DNA from: an uncultured Candidatus Saccharibacteria bacterium
Lineage (GTDB): Bacteria > Patescibacteriota > Minisyncoccia > Phycocordibacterales > JACOZG01
Direction: 5' to 3'
Assembly (NCBI GenBank): GCA_964399075.1
Contig: CAYNPK010000001.1
Span: forward strand, 160,961 to 224,960
DNA: 64,000 nt
Positions 11,149-20,241 of this stretch are shown piece after piece. The translations under genes were made by a program, and so were the position numbers. The stretch's first letter is position 1. The number at the start of each line of letters is the position of its first letter. The notes below the pieces were generated by a model. The model saw only the letters and a list, made by a program, of their open reading frames with translations. It was not told the origin of the DNA and made no database searches.

Positions 11149-12669
11149 ATGAAGACAAACACAAAAACCAAAACTAAAACACCAACAAAGTTAAACCGCC
11201 CGCCGGTGGTTGTCATCATGGGACACATCGACCACGGCAAGTCGACTTTGCTTGATTACATTCGTCACACTAATCTAACGGCCAAAGAAGTCGGTGGCAT
11301 CACTCAAGCGGTCGGCGCTTATGAGGCTGGGGGTATCACCTTCATTGACACTCCGGGTCATGAGGCCTTCAGTCAAATGCGAGAATCTGGTGCCTGCTTA
11401 GCTGATATTACCATTTTAATTATTTCAGCCGAGGATGGCGTTAAGCCACAAACGCTTGAGGCCTTGAAAATAATTAAGGCGTTTAACTTACCCTACATTG
11501 TGGTGATTAATAAAATTGATAAACCTAACGCCAACGCGGAACGAGTACGCCAACAGCTGGCAGAACACGATGTCTTAGTCGAGGATTACGGTGGCAAAAT
11601 TCCGGTTCAGGAAGTCTCCGCCCAAACCGGCCAAGGTGTGCCAGAACTCTTGGAAATTCTGCTCCTCATGGCCGAGATGGAAGAACTCTCTGGCGACGCC
11701 AACAAATTAGGAACCGGTTTCGTTCTGGAATCCAGCATCGATAGCAAGATTGGCATTTCCGCAACTTTAATTATTAAAGACGGCAGACTGCGATCTGGTG
11801 ACTTCATTATTATCAACGGCGAGGTTTCTAAAATAAAAATCTTGCGCGACAGCGCTGGAAAAGCCACTAAAGAGTTAGGTCCGTCGCAACCGGCGCTAGT
11901 CACCGGCTTCAGCAATATTCCGCCAGCTGGAATAACTTTCATTGCCTTCTCCAACAAACAAGAGGCCGAAGAATTTGTCTCTAAGTTAAATCACAAAGAG
12001 GTTACGAACGAGTCATCTCCACCCAAACCAGAACCGGTTGCCGGAAAGATAGAGATACCGCTCATTATTAAAGCCGATGTCGCTGGCGCGATTGAAGCGC
12101 TCAAAAAAGAAATTAATAAACTCTCTAACGATGAGCTAACTTGGAAAATTTGCCAATCCGGGTTGGGGCCGATAAGCGAGAACGACGTTAAATTAGCCAG
12201 CGGATCCGAGCAAGCGATTATTCTTGGCTTCAACGTCAAGATTGATAAAACCGTTCAAGACTTAGCTGATCGTTCGGGAATAGTAATAAAAACTTTTGCT
12301 ATTATCTACAAACTATCCGAATGGTTAATCGAGGAAGCGACGCGTCAGACACCGAAGGTAGAAGTAGAACAAATGATCGGCCAGGCGAAAATTTTAAAAG
12401 TCTTTAGTGCCGGACGAGGCAAGTCTTCCGCCTCCAATAAACAAGTGATCGGTGGCTTGGTAACAGAAGGCAGTTTGGTTGTCGGCAAGAATTGCAAAAT
12501 TCTTAGACGGAAAGCCGAGATCGGTCGCGGCAAAATAGTGGAATTGCAACGCCAGAAATTAGCGACGAAAGAAGTGGCCAAAGACAGCCAATTCGGCGCC
12601 TTGGTAGAAACCAAAACAGCAATAGTCCCGGGCGATTATTTAGAGGTCTTTGATCTGGTTAATAAATAA
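11149..12669 (+). CDS. infB: Translation initiation factor IF-2 (short form lacking the N-terminal domain)
   Basis: RPPVVVIMGHIDHGKSTLLD, GGITQ, DTPGHEAF, NKID; followed by rbfA. Confidence 0.95.
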   Translation: MKTNTKTKTKTPTKLNRPPVVVIMGHIDHGKSTLLDYIRHTNLTAKEVGGITQAVGAYEAGGITFIDTPGHEAFSQMRESGACLADITILIISAEDGVKPQTLEALKIIKAFNLPYIVVINKIDKPNANAERVRQQLAEHDVLVEDYGGKIPVQEVSAQTGQGVPELLEILLLMAEMEELSGDANKLGTGFVLESSIDSKIGISATLIIKDGRLRSGDFIIINGEVSKIKILRDSAGKATKELGPSQPALVTGFSNIPPAGITFIAFSNKQEAEEFVSKLNHKEVTNESSPPKPEPVAGKIEIPLIIKADVAGAIEALKKEINKLSNDELTWKICQSGLGPISENDVKLASGSEQAIILGFNVKIDKTVQDLADRSGIVIKTFAIIYKLSEWLIEEATRQTPKVEVEQMIGQAKILKVFSAGRGKSSASNKQVIGGLVTEGSLVVGKNCKILRRKAEIGRGKIVELQRQKLATKEVAKDSQFGALVETKTAIVPGDYLEVFDLVNK

Positions 12670-12689
12670 TAAATAAGTTATGCTCTAAT

Positions 12690-12977
12690 ATGGCGGTCCA
12701 AGTTCATGAAGAAAGATTGATAGCCCTGCTCCAGCGTCTAACGGCCGAGTTTCTTAATCGCGAGAGTGGCAAGCAATCTCTAATCACCGTTACCGACTTC
12801 AATCTCTCAACCGACCACCGTCGCGGGATGATTAAAATTTCCGTCTTGCCGGAGAGCATGGGCGAGAGCGCGCTCCTCTTCGCCAAGCGTCGACGACATA
12901 GTTTGAGAGATTATATCAAGAAGAACGCTCGCCTCGGCCGTATCCCCCATTTAGATTTCGAGTTGATTAAGGCCTAG
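12690..12977 (+). CDS. rbfA: Ribosome-binding factor A
   Basis: Directly after infB; LITVTD and RIPHLDF motifs. Confidence 0.85.
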   Translation: MAVQVHEERLIALLQRLTAEFLNRESGKQSLITVTDFNLSTDHRRGMIKISVLPESMGESALLFAKRRRHSLRDYIKKNARLGRIPHLDFELIKA

Positions 12978-13045
12978 TAGCCAAGTGGTAAGGCAAGGGT
13001 CTGCAAAACCCTTATACGGCGGTTCGATTCCGCCCTAGGCCTCCA
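12971..13045 (+). tRNA. tRNA-Cys(GCA)
   Basis: GGCCTAG/CTAGGCC acceptor, AGGGT-CTGCAAA-ACCCT anticodon arm, GGTTCGATTCC T-arm, encoded CCA. Confidence 0.95.
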
Positions 13046-14947
13046 GAATTTTATCTTTAGTTTTAGGAAGACGGAACACGAACTCGCTATCCAGATGCCA
13101 CGCGTCGACGGGTTCATCCCAAGAGTTGCCCAGCCACAAACCGACGCCGCTGCGTGCCAGCTCGAAGACGATCGGGCGGCCACCGGAGTCGGTGATTTGC
13201 TTCATGCCCACATTAATCCATTCACCTAAAGGTTGGTTTCGATACTTCAAACGATAATTGGGACCGGTATCGGTCGGACAGAGTTCTAAACCGAGTATTT
13301 GAGCACTCTCATAAATTTCATCGGTCATGGCATTGTATAATCCAAGATCAGCGACAGTCAAACGAATAAGCGTAACTTCCTCCGGATTTTTGCCCGGCAC
13401 GAATTCCCTGTTCTTGAGCATCGATTTGGCGTAGTCGGTAATTTTTATGCCGGCCGTTTCCATTTCAGTTATGAGTTGCTCGGCAGTTTTTCCACCGATC
13501 TCAACCTTTTCTCGGTGAATTTTTCTATCAGGAAATGAGATGTAGATATGTTCGAGATTCTCCGGCAGTTTCTGGAAGATGCCCGGTTCGAGCTGGCCAA
13601 CATAGGCTTTGGTGTTTTCATTGATTTCGCTCGACATATGAGCAATTTCTTCTCTCGTACATTCAAAGATGACAAGCATGTCTTCTTCGATATTTCTCCC
13701 TTGACGAAGTTCGGCGATGCGAGGATCAGAACATTTATCATGATCATCAGGATATCCAAAACCTTCTATTTGTCCGTCTATTTCATACAAAAATACGAGA
13801 TCCTCTCTAGTAAATTCTTCTCCTTGTTCATGTTTTTTATCAAGAGCAGTAAGTTTCTTCATATCCTCGCTTTTCTTTTTGTACTGCTCACCTTTTTCTC
13901 CAAAATCCTTAAGTTTTTCCTCTAATACAGGGGTGATGTATGGATCAAGATTTTGGTCTGGAGCAATACCCCTTGGTCTTCAGCTATTTCATCATCTTGC
14001 ATTCTGATTGCCAGTCGAGGAATAACTGCGTTGCCGTCCTGATCAAGTGAATAATAAACATAAAAATCACCACCTTCTAAATGAGATCTTGCCGTATCAG
14101 GATTGGCAGTACACCATTCCAAAGGATATCCATCCAGAGATTTAACGAGCCGCTCTGGATCAGAATTCTTTTCATACTTAACCCACTCTCCCCTGATCTC
14201 TTTTAGACCCTCTGTGGAATACTCCGGCAACTCAATAAGAAATTGAGCGTATATTTTTGAGAAATTTTCTGATGAAATTAATTTTTTAAATTCAGCGTCA
14301 TCTAATTTGGTGCTTGTGTTTTCTATCTTAATACCATCTCGCCTGAGTTGCTCGGATAAAGCGCTGACGGTCATCGCTAATGCTCTAGCATTAAGTGGTG
14401 GAAATGACGCGACTGTTTCTTTATTTCGTTTTTTAAATATTGCTTTTTCTTTTCCAGACTCATCAACACCCTTCTTTAATCCACCCATTTTAGTGATTGA
14501 AGTAAAGACAAGATATTTAGACCAGGTAGGATAAGTTGCATCATCGCTAGTTAGATACCGCATCCATCTGTCTAATGAGTGTTTTTGATCATTGACTATT
14601 TGTTGTATCTTTTTGTCTTTAAATCCATCGGTTATTTCCACATCTCCGTATCCCATTTCCCTTGCAATTTTTTGCTCTAATAAAAACGCTTGCTCTGGAA
14701 CATCTTCTGGTTTAATAATGAGCGCGTCATAGATCTTGTCTCGAAACATTTCCAGATTGCGTTCGCGTTTTTGTTTGTCAGGATTGAGGAAGATATTCTC
14801 GAGTCTATCCATGTAAGCCTCGATACGCTCGACTGGGTCATTGGGAACCTTCTCATCAGTCCGACGCTCTTCACGTTCCACGGCCCGATTAACCTCTGGC
14901 GAGGTTTGGAGTTCGGGATTTTTAAGATGAAGTGGGTGCTTTTCCAT
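13035..14947 (-). pseudogene. Large hypothetical gene split by a single-base frameshift near 13975 (ORFs 13922-14947 and 13035-13862); C-terminus resembles a DGR target domain
   Basis: Adding one C at GAA GAC (C)CA AGG GGT gives a continuous frame ...IAEDPRGIAPDQNLDPYITPVLEEKLKDFGEKGEQYKKKSEDMKKLT... into the downstream ORF. Confidence 0.75.
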
Positions 14948-15011
14948 ATCTAGTAATTTTATAATTTTACCAGCTTTTTGCCTAATTTAGAATTTAGAAT
15001 TAAGTCCACTC

Positions 15012-16799
15012 TTAACCTTTACGCCGGGCGCGAGAGCGGTCGATGTCGGTTAGATGTTGTTTGCGAAGACGAACTGATTTTGGAGTAATCTCTAGATACT
15101 CATCGTCAGACATCACCTCTAAGCCCAATTCAATACTAAGGAGTTTGGGCGGAACTAGCTTAATCGCTTCGTCGGCGCTCTTACTCCGCATATTAGTTAA
15201 TTGTTTTCCTCGAGTTGGGTTAACTGTCATTTCATCACCCTTGCTGGTGTTACCAATCACCTGACCCTCATAAACTTCTGTGTTGGGATGGATGTAGAGA
15301 ACGCCACGAGTTTGCAAATTATCCAGAGCGAAGGCTAAAGTTTTCCCCGTGACTTGCGAGATCATACTCCCCACCTCGCGATGCTCTATCTCGCCAACGT
15401 GAGGTCGGAAACCTAGAACTCTGGTGGCTAAAATTCCCTCTCCCTTGGTATCAACCACAAACTGATTCCGATAGCCGAAGAGACCACGAGTTGGTCCCTC
15501 CAACACCAAACGAACTCTGTCGTTAGCAGAATCCAAAGAAACCAGATGGACGCCTCGCAAGCCTAGCGTCTCAATGACCACTCCTTGATAAACGCTTGGC
15601 ACATCAACAGTGACTTCCTCAAATGGCTCTAGTCTAATCCCCTCTTCCTCTTTTTCAATCACTTTCGGTTGAGAGACTTGCACTTCGTAGCCTTCGCGAC
15701 GCATTTGCTCAAGCAAGATCGCCACATGGAGTTCGCCTCGGCCACGGACTTTGAAGCGCTCACCACCACCTTGATCAAATTCCACTCGTAAACCCACATT
15801 AACTTCTAGCTCTTTTTCTAAACGCTCGCGAATTTGTCTACTAGTAACAAACTTCCCCTCTCGTCCGGCAAAAGGCGAATTATTAACTAAAAAAAATAAC
15901 TCGATCGTCGGCTCGTCAACAGCAATTTCTGGCAAGCGCTCGACGGTATCAGTCAGAGCCAGAGTGTCACCGATATAAATATCAGGAATACCGGCCACAA
16001 TCGCAATGTCGCCAGAATGAATCTCGTCAACATCCTCACGAGCCAGGCCATTAAACAAAAATAATTTAGTCACTCGACCCTTAGCGATACCATGGGTGCC
16101 GTGAGCATAGACCACATCGCCAAGACGAAGCACGCCAGCATAGACGCGCACGATACCAAGTCGGCCGAGATAGTTATCATAAGCGAGATTGAAGGGTTGA
16201 GCGCGAAAAGTTTGCTGATCGTAACCAGAAGCAATCGAGACTCGCTCTAAAATTAAATCGAGAAGGGGTGAGAGATCGGTAGATAAATCATCAAGCGAGC
16301 GCTTAGCGATACCGTCTCGTCCGATAGTCAACATGGTTGGAAAATCAAGCTGTTCATTACTAGCTCCAAGACTGACAAATAGATCGAAAACTTGATCATG
16401 AACCCGGTCAATATTGGCGGCGGGTTTATCGATTTTATTAATCACCACAATCGGCCGATGTCCCAATTCTAAAGACTTCTTAAGCACGAAGCGCGTTTGA
16501 GGCATTGGTCCCTCCTGTGCGTCTACCACCAAGAGAACACAATCAATAGAGCGGAGAACGCGCTCGACCTCGCTACCGAAGTCGGCGTGACCAGGCGTAT
16601 CAACAATGTTAATTTTAGTATTTTTGTACACACAAGAAGCATTTTTGGCATAAATAGTGATACCTCGCTCTTGCTCAAGTGAATTAGAATCCATCGATAC
16701 GCCCTCAACAATAGCGCCGGTTTGGCGTAAGAGAGCATCAGTGAGCGTGGTTTTGCCATGATCAACGTGAGCGATAATTGCGATATTTCTAATCTCCAT
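15012..16799 (-). CDS. typA: Translational GTPase TypA/BipA
   Basis: IRNIAIIAHVDHGKTTL, DTPGHADFG, GPMPQTRFV, GRGELH, EITPKSVRLRK. Confidence 0.95.
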   Translation of the reverse strand: MEIRNIAIIAHVDHGKTTLTDALLRQTGAIVEGVSMDSNSLEQERGITIYAKNASCVYKNTKINIVDTPGHADFGSEVERVLRSIDCVLLVVDAQEGPMPQTRFVLKKSLELGHRPIVVINKIDKPAANIDRVHDQVFDLFVSLGASNEQLDFPTMLTIGRDGIAKRSLDDLSTDLSPLLDLILERVSIASGYDQQTFRAQPFNLAYDNYLGRLGIVRVYAGVLRLGDVVYAHGTHGIAKGRVTKLFLFNGLAREDVDEIHSGDIAIVAGIPDIYIGDTLALTDTVERLPEIAVDEPTIELFFLVNNSPFAGREGKFVTSRQIRERLEKELEVNVGLRVEFDQGGGERFKVRGRGELHVAILLEQMRREGYEVQVSQPKVIEKEEEGIRLEPFEEVTVDVPSVYQGVVIETLGLRGVHLVSLDSANDRVRLVLEGPTRGLFGYRNQFVVDTKGEGILATRVLGFRPHVGEIEHREVGSMISQVTGKTLAFALDNLQTRGVLYIHPNTEVYEGQVIGNTSKGDEMTVNPTRGKQLTNMRSKSADEAIKLVPPKLLSIELGLEVMSDDEYLEITPKSVRLRKQHLTDIDRSRARRKG

Positions 16800-16911
16800 A
16801 TAAAAAGCCCCCATGAGGGCTTATACAGCGTGCCATAGTTTGAGTAAAAAGTCCATATAGAAAATAATTGGCATTTAAGACATCTTTAATTATAATGAAA
16901 TCTTGAAGTAA

Positions 16912-16993
16912 GCCCGGGTGGCGGAACTGGTATACGCGCACGACTTAAAATCGTGTCCCTCACGGGATGTGGGTTCGATTCCCACCCCGGGCA
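16912..16993 (+). tRNA. tRNA-Leu(TAA)
   Basis: GCCCGGG/CCCGGGC acceptor, CACGA-CTTAAAA-TCGTG, long variable arm, GGTTCGATTCC. Confidence 0.95.
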
Positions 16994-17010
16994 CAAAATC
17001 CAACCACACA

Positions 17011-18051
17011 ATGAAGCAATTCAAGTTCAGAGAAATCGGAGAAGATGAAAATTTTGACCTGAACAATTTTTGTAATAATGTTCCGTTCACGCAAGCGAAT
17101 TTTTATGGTAATTGGCAAAAGAGTCTAGGTAGAAGCGTAAGAAGATTCTTGATAGATAACAACAATAAAACAGTCGCCTATTTCCAATTGATTAAATATC
17201 CGCTTCTACTTAACAAAAGCTACCTGTACATCCCTTATGGCCCGGTAATAAAAAACTTTAAAGAATTGCCAAAAGATTTTTTTGCTAACCTCAAACAGGA
17301 ATTAAAACGAATTGCCAAAGCAGAGAACGCGGTTTTTGTTCGGCTTGATTTTACTCCATCGGTTCCAAACGACACTCTCGCAAAATTTTTTACCAAAGCT
17401 CCGCTCTATACTTACCACTCGGCATATTTCCAACCCCGCGCCGAGTGGTTTCTTGGTTTAGGAAAACCGAAAGAAGAACTATTGATGGATATGCATACGG
17501 ATAATCGCTACTCAATTCGTCTGTCAGAAAAAAAACAAATAACAACAGAAATAATCACCAAAGACTTTGAAAAATATTTTGATGTTTTTTACGAACTAAT
17601 GACAGAAACGGCGAAAAGAAATGGTTTTAGTCTTCATTCAAGAAATTATTATGAGCATATCTTTACTGATTTATCAAAAATAAGTGGCGCTCATTTAGTT
17701 ATTGCAAAATATGGCCAAAAAATTTTGGTTATCAAAATCATAATCGTCTTCGGAATTGTTTCGAATGATGTTTTCACTGGCTCGAGCAGTGAAGAGAGAA
17801 ACCGTCGACCTACTTATCTGACAATCTGGAGGGCTATATCTCACGCTAAGGAGTTAGGGTGCCAATTCTATAATTTCGGTGGGATATCCACTGAAAACAA
17901 AATTTACAAGGGCTGGGACGGCCTGACAGCCTTCAAGAAAAAATTTGGTGGCGAGGAAATAAAACATTCCGATTTTTTTGATCTAGTCACAAGTCCGTTT
18001 TGGTATTGGGTTTATAACTTCAGAAAACGCCTTAAGAAAATTAATTTATAA
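17011..18051 (+). CDS. FemABX-family peptidoglycan bridge aminoacyltransferase
   Basis: YIPYGPV, FVRLD, YNFGGI, GLTAFKKKFGG. The ORF-track N-terminal extension is the tRNA-Leu. Confidence 0.85.
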   Translation: MKQFKFREIGEDENFDLNNFCNNVPFTQANFYGNWQKSLGRSVRRFLIDNNNKTVAYFQLIKYPLLLNKSYLYIPYGPVIKNFKELPKDFFANLKQELKRIAKAENAVFVRLDFTPSVPNDTLAKFFTKAPLYTYHSAYFQPRAEWFLGLGKPKEELLMDMHTDNRYSIRLSEKKQITTEIITKDFEKYFDVFYELMTETAKRNGFSLHSRNYYEHIFTDLSKISGAHLVIAKYGQKILVIKIIIVFGIVSNDVFTGSSSEERNRRPTYLTIWRAISHAKELGCQFYNFGGISTENKIYKGWDGLTAFKKKFGGEEIKHSDFFDLVTSPFWYWVYNFRKRLKKINL

Positions 18052-18053
18052 AA

Positions 18054-19247
18054 TTAGCCGAACATTAACCACTCGGGTTTAAAGATAAGCAACAAGCCGA
18101 TAATGAGCATGAGAATTCCTCCGATCAAGTGTGACCACCGGCTGTATTTAGCGCTGATCCCGGTCATCTGCAAAGTAGTCATGGCCACGAAGAAGATAAA
18201 CAAATCGTCGAGCATGAAGACGAATATGTAGAGCAAGATGTAGAGATAATATTGCCACTTCGCCAAATCACTCAAAGCCAAGACTTGGGTATAAACCGCC
18301 GGTAATCCGGCCGAACAGAGAAGCTCAACCAAATTAACCGCGAAAGCAAGCAAAATGATAGCTCCCAAAGCTAAGAAAAAACTTCTTTGTTGAGTGATGT
18401 CTTTTAATTTTTCGAACACTCTCTGCTTCTTCTCCGAACCAGTCACCTTGCAGGTAGCAGTATGATTAGTAAAATATTCCTTCAAGTTGTAAACGCCACC
18501 AACTAAAGTCACCAGGCCGATAATAATTCTGACCCAAATTACTACGCCAATAAACAAGATTAAATTAAGCCAAGCGGCCATAAAGACAAAATAAACCGAG
18601 GCCGAGGCAACAATAAAGGCGGTGCCCAAGATCCACATCTTCCGCTTATCCTTCATTCCCAGCAGAAGAGAGATCAGAAACAATAGAACCCACATAGCAC
18701 AGGGGTTGAAGCCGTCCAATCCCCCCATGACTATCGTGAGTATCGGCAGAGAAAAATTAAGCGCGTCTATCTCTCCAAGAAAAGGCAGGTCGATTATTTT
18801 TGTATCACTTATCGTCTCTTCTTGCGGATTATTGTCTTGACTAAAGACTTCTACACACTGATTAGTGAGACAATACTCCACCGCCTCTTCTATTTCTCTC
18901 CCAGTTGTCGCGTCGTTATAATAACCAATAAAATATTTTTCCCCCACTACCGTAAAGGGCACTCCTGATACACTAGCGTTTAATTTCTTGGCAACTTCCA
19001 CCATTAAGTCCCTATTGCCAGCGTCACGCCAAATTTCATAATCATAAACTTTAACTTCCGGATATTTCTGCTCCAGTTTCTCCAAAAACGGTTTTTCCCT
19101 AGCGCAATGCGGACAACCATCGCCCCAGAAAAAATAAACGTTCACATCACCAATATCTTGAGCCAGAATATTTTGCGCCGGAACAATTAACAACAGAAAA
19201 ATAAATAGAGAAAATAAGATTTTCTTAAGCATGTTTTTTTTCTCCAT
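18054..19247 (-). CDS. Secreted thioredoxin/glutaredoxin domain fused to a CcdA/DsbD-like membrane domain
   Basis: Signal peptide, CPHC, GVP; TM domain with DGFNPCAMW and ELLCSAG cysteines. Confidence 0.85.
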   Translation of the reverse strand: MEKKNMLKKILFSLFIFLLLIVPAQNILAQDIGDVNVYFFWGDGCPHCAREKPFLEKLEQKYPEVKVYDYEIWRDAGNRDLMVEVAKKLNASVSGVPFTVVGEKYFIGYYNDATTGREIEEAVEYCLTNQCVEVFSQDNNPQEETISDTKIIDLPFLGEIDALNFSLPILTIVMGGLDGFNPCAMWVLLFLISLLLGMKDKRKMWILGTAFIVASASVYFVFMAAWLNLILFIGVVIWVRIIIGLVTLVGGVYNLKEYFTNHTATCKVTGSEKKQRVFEKLKDITQQRSFFLALGAIILLAFAVNLVELLCSAGLPAVYTQVLALSDLAKWQYYLYILLYIFVFMLDDLFIFFVAMTTLQMTGISAKYSRWSHLIGGILMLIIGLLLIFKPEWLMFG

Positions 19248-19268
19248 TTTAATTTAAAATTTAAAGAA

Positions 19269-19544
19269 TTAATTAATAATTTTAATTGCCTTACCATTAA
19301 TTAAGGCGTCAGCAATCTTTTTGTAGGCAGAATACAAAATCCTTTGATAAGTACTCTGAGAAGTATCCATCTTGTCAGCCGCTTCTCGTTGTTCTAGATC
19401 GTTAATGTGACGCCAACGATAAGCTTCTATCTCTTCGGCAGTAAGTTCCACAATCTCAAGATACCTCATTGGCACACCTTGAGGCTTGAAATAAGTTATG
19501 TGTGGATTAAATTCTATTTTTCGGCAAAGTCTTGGTCTGGGCAT
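19269..19544 (-). CDS. DUF134 family HTH DNA-binding protein
   Basis: MPRPR..R, YFKPQG, EQREAADKMDTSQSTYQRIL, KKIADALINGKAIKI. Confidence 0.88.
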   Translation of the reverse strand: MPRPRLCRKIEFNPHITYFKPQGVPMRYLEIVELTAEEIEAYRWRHINDLEQREAADKMDTSQSTYQRILYSAYKKIADALINGKAIKIIN

Positions 19545-19584
19545 AATTTTCATTTTAATAATAAATTACTTCAGAAGAGAAGGC

Positions 19585-19616
19585 AAACCGACCTCTTTAC
19601 GAAAAGAGGTCGGTTT
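19585..19616. terminator. Intergenic hairpin
   Basis: AAACCGACCTCTTT ... AAAGAGGTCGGTTT inverted repeat. Confidence 0.5.
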
Positions 19617-19628
19617 CCGGGTTTTATT

Positions 19629-19871
19629 TTACTTTTGCTGGTTCTGTAAAGCCGATTTTTCTTCTTTGATCGCCGCTAATTCTTCTTCGAGCATTTTCTC
19701 TTCGTTCTCTAAAGCGGATAGCTCGTTTTTTGGAGAGATAAATCTCCTGCGACTGAAATCATATCCACCACAGCAACCTCGTCCAGTTCCTGCACCAGCA
19801 CCGCAAGGACCCATTCCTCGTCCAGTTCCTGCACCTTGACCCATAGGGCCAGTTCCATCTAATTTTGGCAT
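19629..19871 (-). CDS. DUF5320 family protein
   Basis: MPKLDGTGPMGQGAGTGRGMGPC N-terminus and C-terminal coiled coil; usual neighbour of DUF134. Confidence 0.85.
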   Translation of the reverse strand: MPKLDGTGPMGQGAGTGRGMGPCGAGAGTGRGCCGGYDFSRRRFISPKNELSALENEEKMLEEELAAIKEEKSALQNQQK

Positions 19872-19927
19872 ATTTTTAATATTTTTTATTAGTTTAAATA
19901 GATAGCTCGACCTTTATTTACTATCTA

Positions 19928-19961
19928 TTATGAGTATATACCCATAACATTTTACTGTCAA
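19928..19961 (-). promoter_or_regulatory. Sigma70 promoter with overlapping palindromic operator
   Basis: Minus strand TTGACA-17 nt-TATACT; palindrome TTATGAGTATATACCCATAA (19928-19947) covers the -10. Confidence 0.7.
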
Positions 19962-19977
19962 GGAGTTAAGCATTCTT

Positions 19978-20010
19978 AAAAAATACCCCCCGGACTGGTT
20001 TCCGGGGGGT
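19978..20010 (-). terminator. Intrinsic terminator
   Basis: ACCCCCCGGA...TCCGGGGGGT stem followed by a T-tract on the minus strand. Confidence 0.75.
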
Positions 20011-20061
20011 TGTGACGACTCTGTTGTTAGCCGTCACAGGGTTCACCGCGATTCGCTTCGG

Positions 20062-20094
20062 TTACGCTGCCACCAGGCTCCTCAGCACAATCAT
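20062..20094 (-). CDS. Candidate micro-ORF MIVLRSLVAA
   Basis: AAGGAGG 7 nt upstream of the ATG; lies between two minus-strand terminators. Confidence 0.35.
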   Translation of the reverse strand: MIVLRSLVAA

Positions 20095-20176
20095 GGCGGT
20101 TCCTCCTTCGAGTCGCCGTGTTACAATGTGTGGCTCCGCCCAACGCGCGAGCCTCTGCTAGTTATCAGAGCAAAAT

Positions 20177-20210
20177 AAAAAAGAACCGCAAGTTTTTCGC
20201 CTGCGGTCCC
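20177..20210 (-). terminator. Intrinsic terminator of the radical SAM gene
   Basis: ACCGCAGG...CTTGCGGT stem followed by TCTTTTTT on the minus strand. Confidence 0.7.
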
Positions 20211-20241
20211 TGATACCTCATACTCTCTTCACCTCTTTCTC

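Noticed and set aside
16918-17010. N-terminal extension of the FemABX ORF (likewise tsaD from 46566 and the ORF 56799-57113)
   Set aside because: These extensions translate through tRNA genes; true starts are downstream.
19778-19836. Short direct repeat CCTCGTCCAGTTCCTGCACC
   Set aside because: Coding repeat (GAGTGRG twice) normal for DUF5320 proteins.
19978-20175. tmRNA (peptide ends in LVAA)
   Set aside because: No tRNA-like 5'/3' ends or T-arm, and the peptide has its own SD and ATG.
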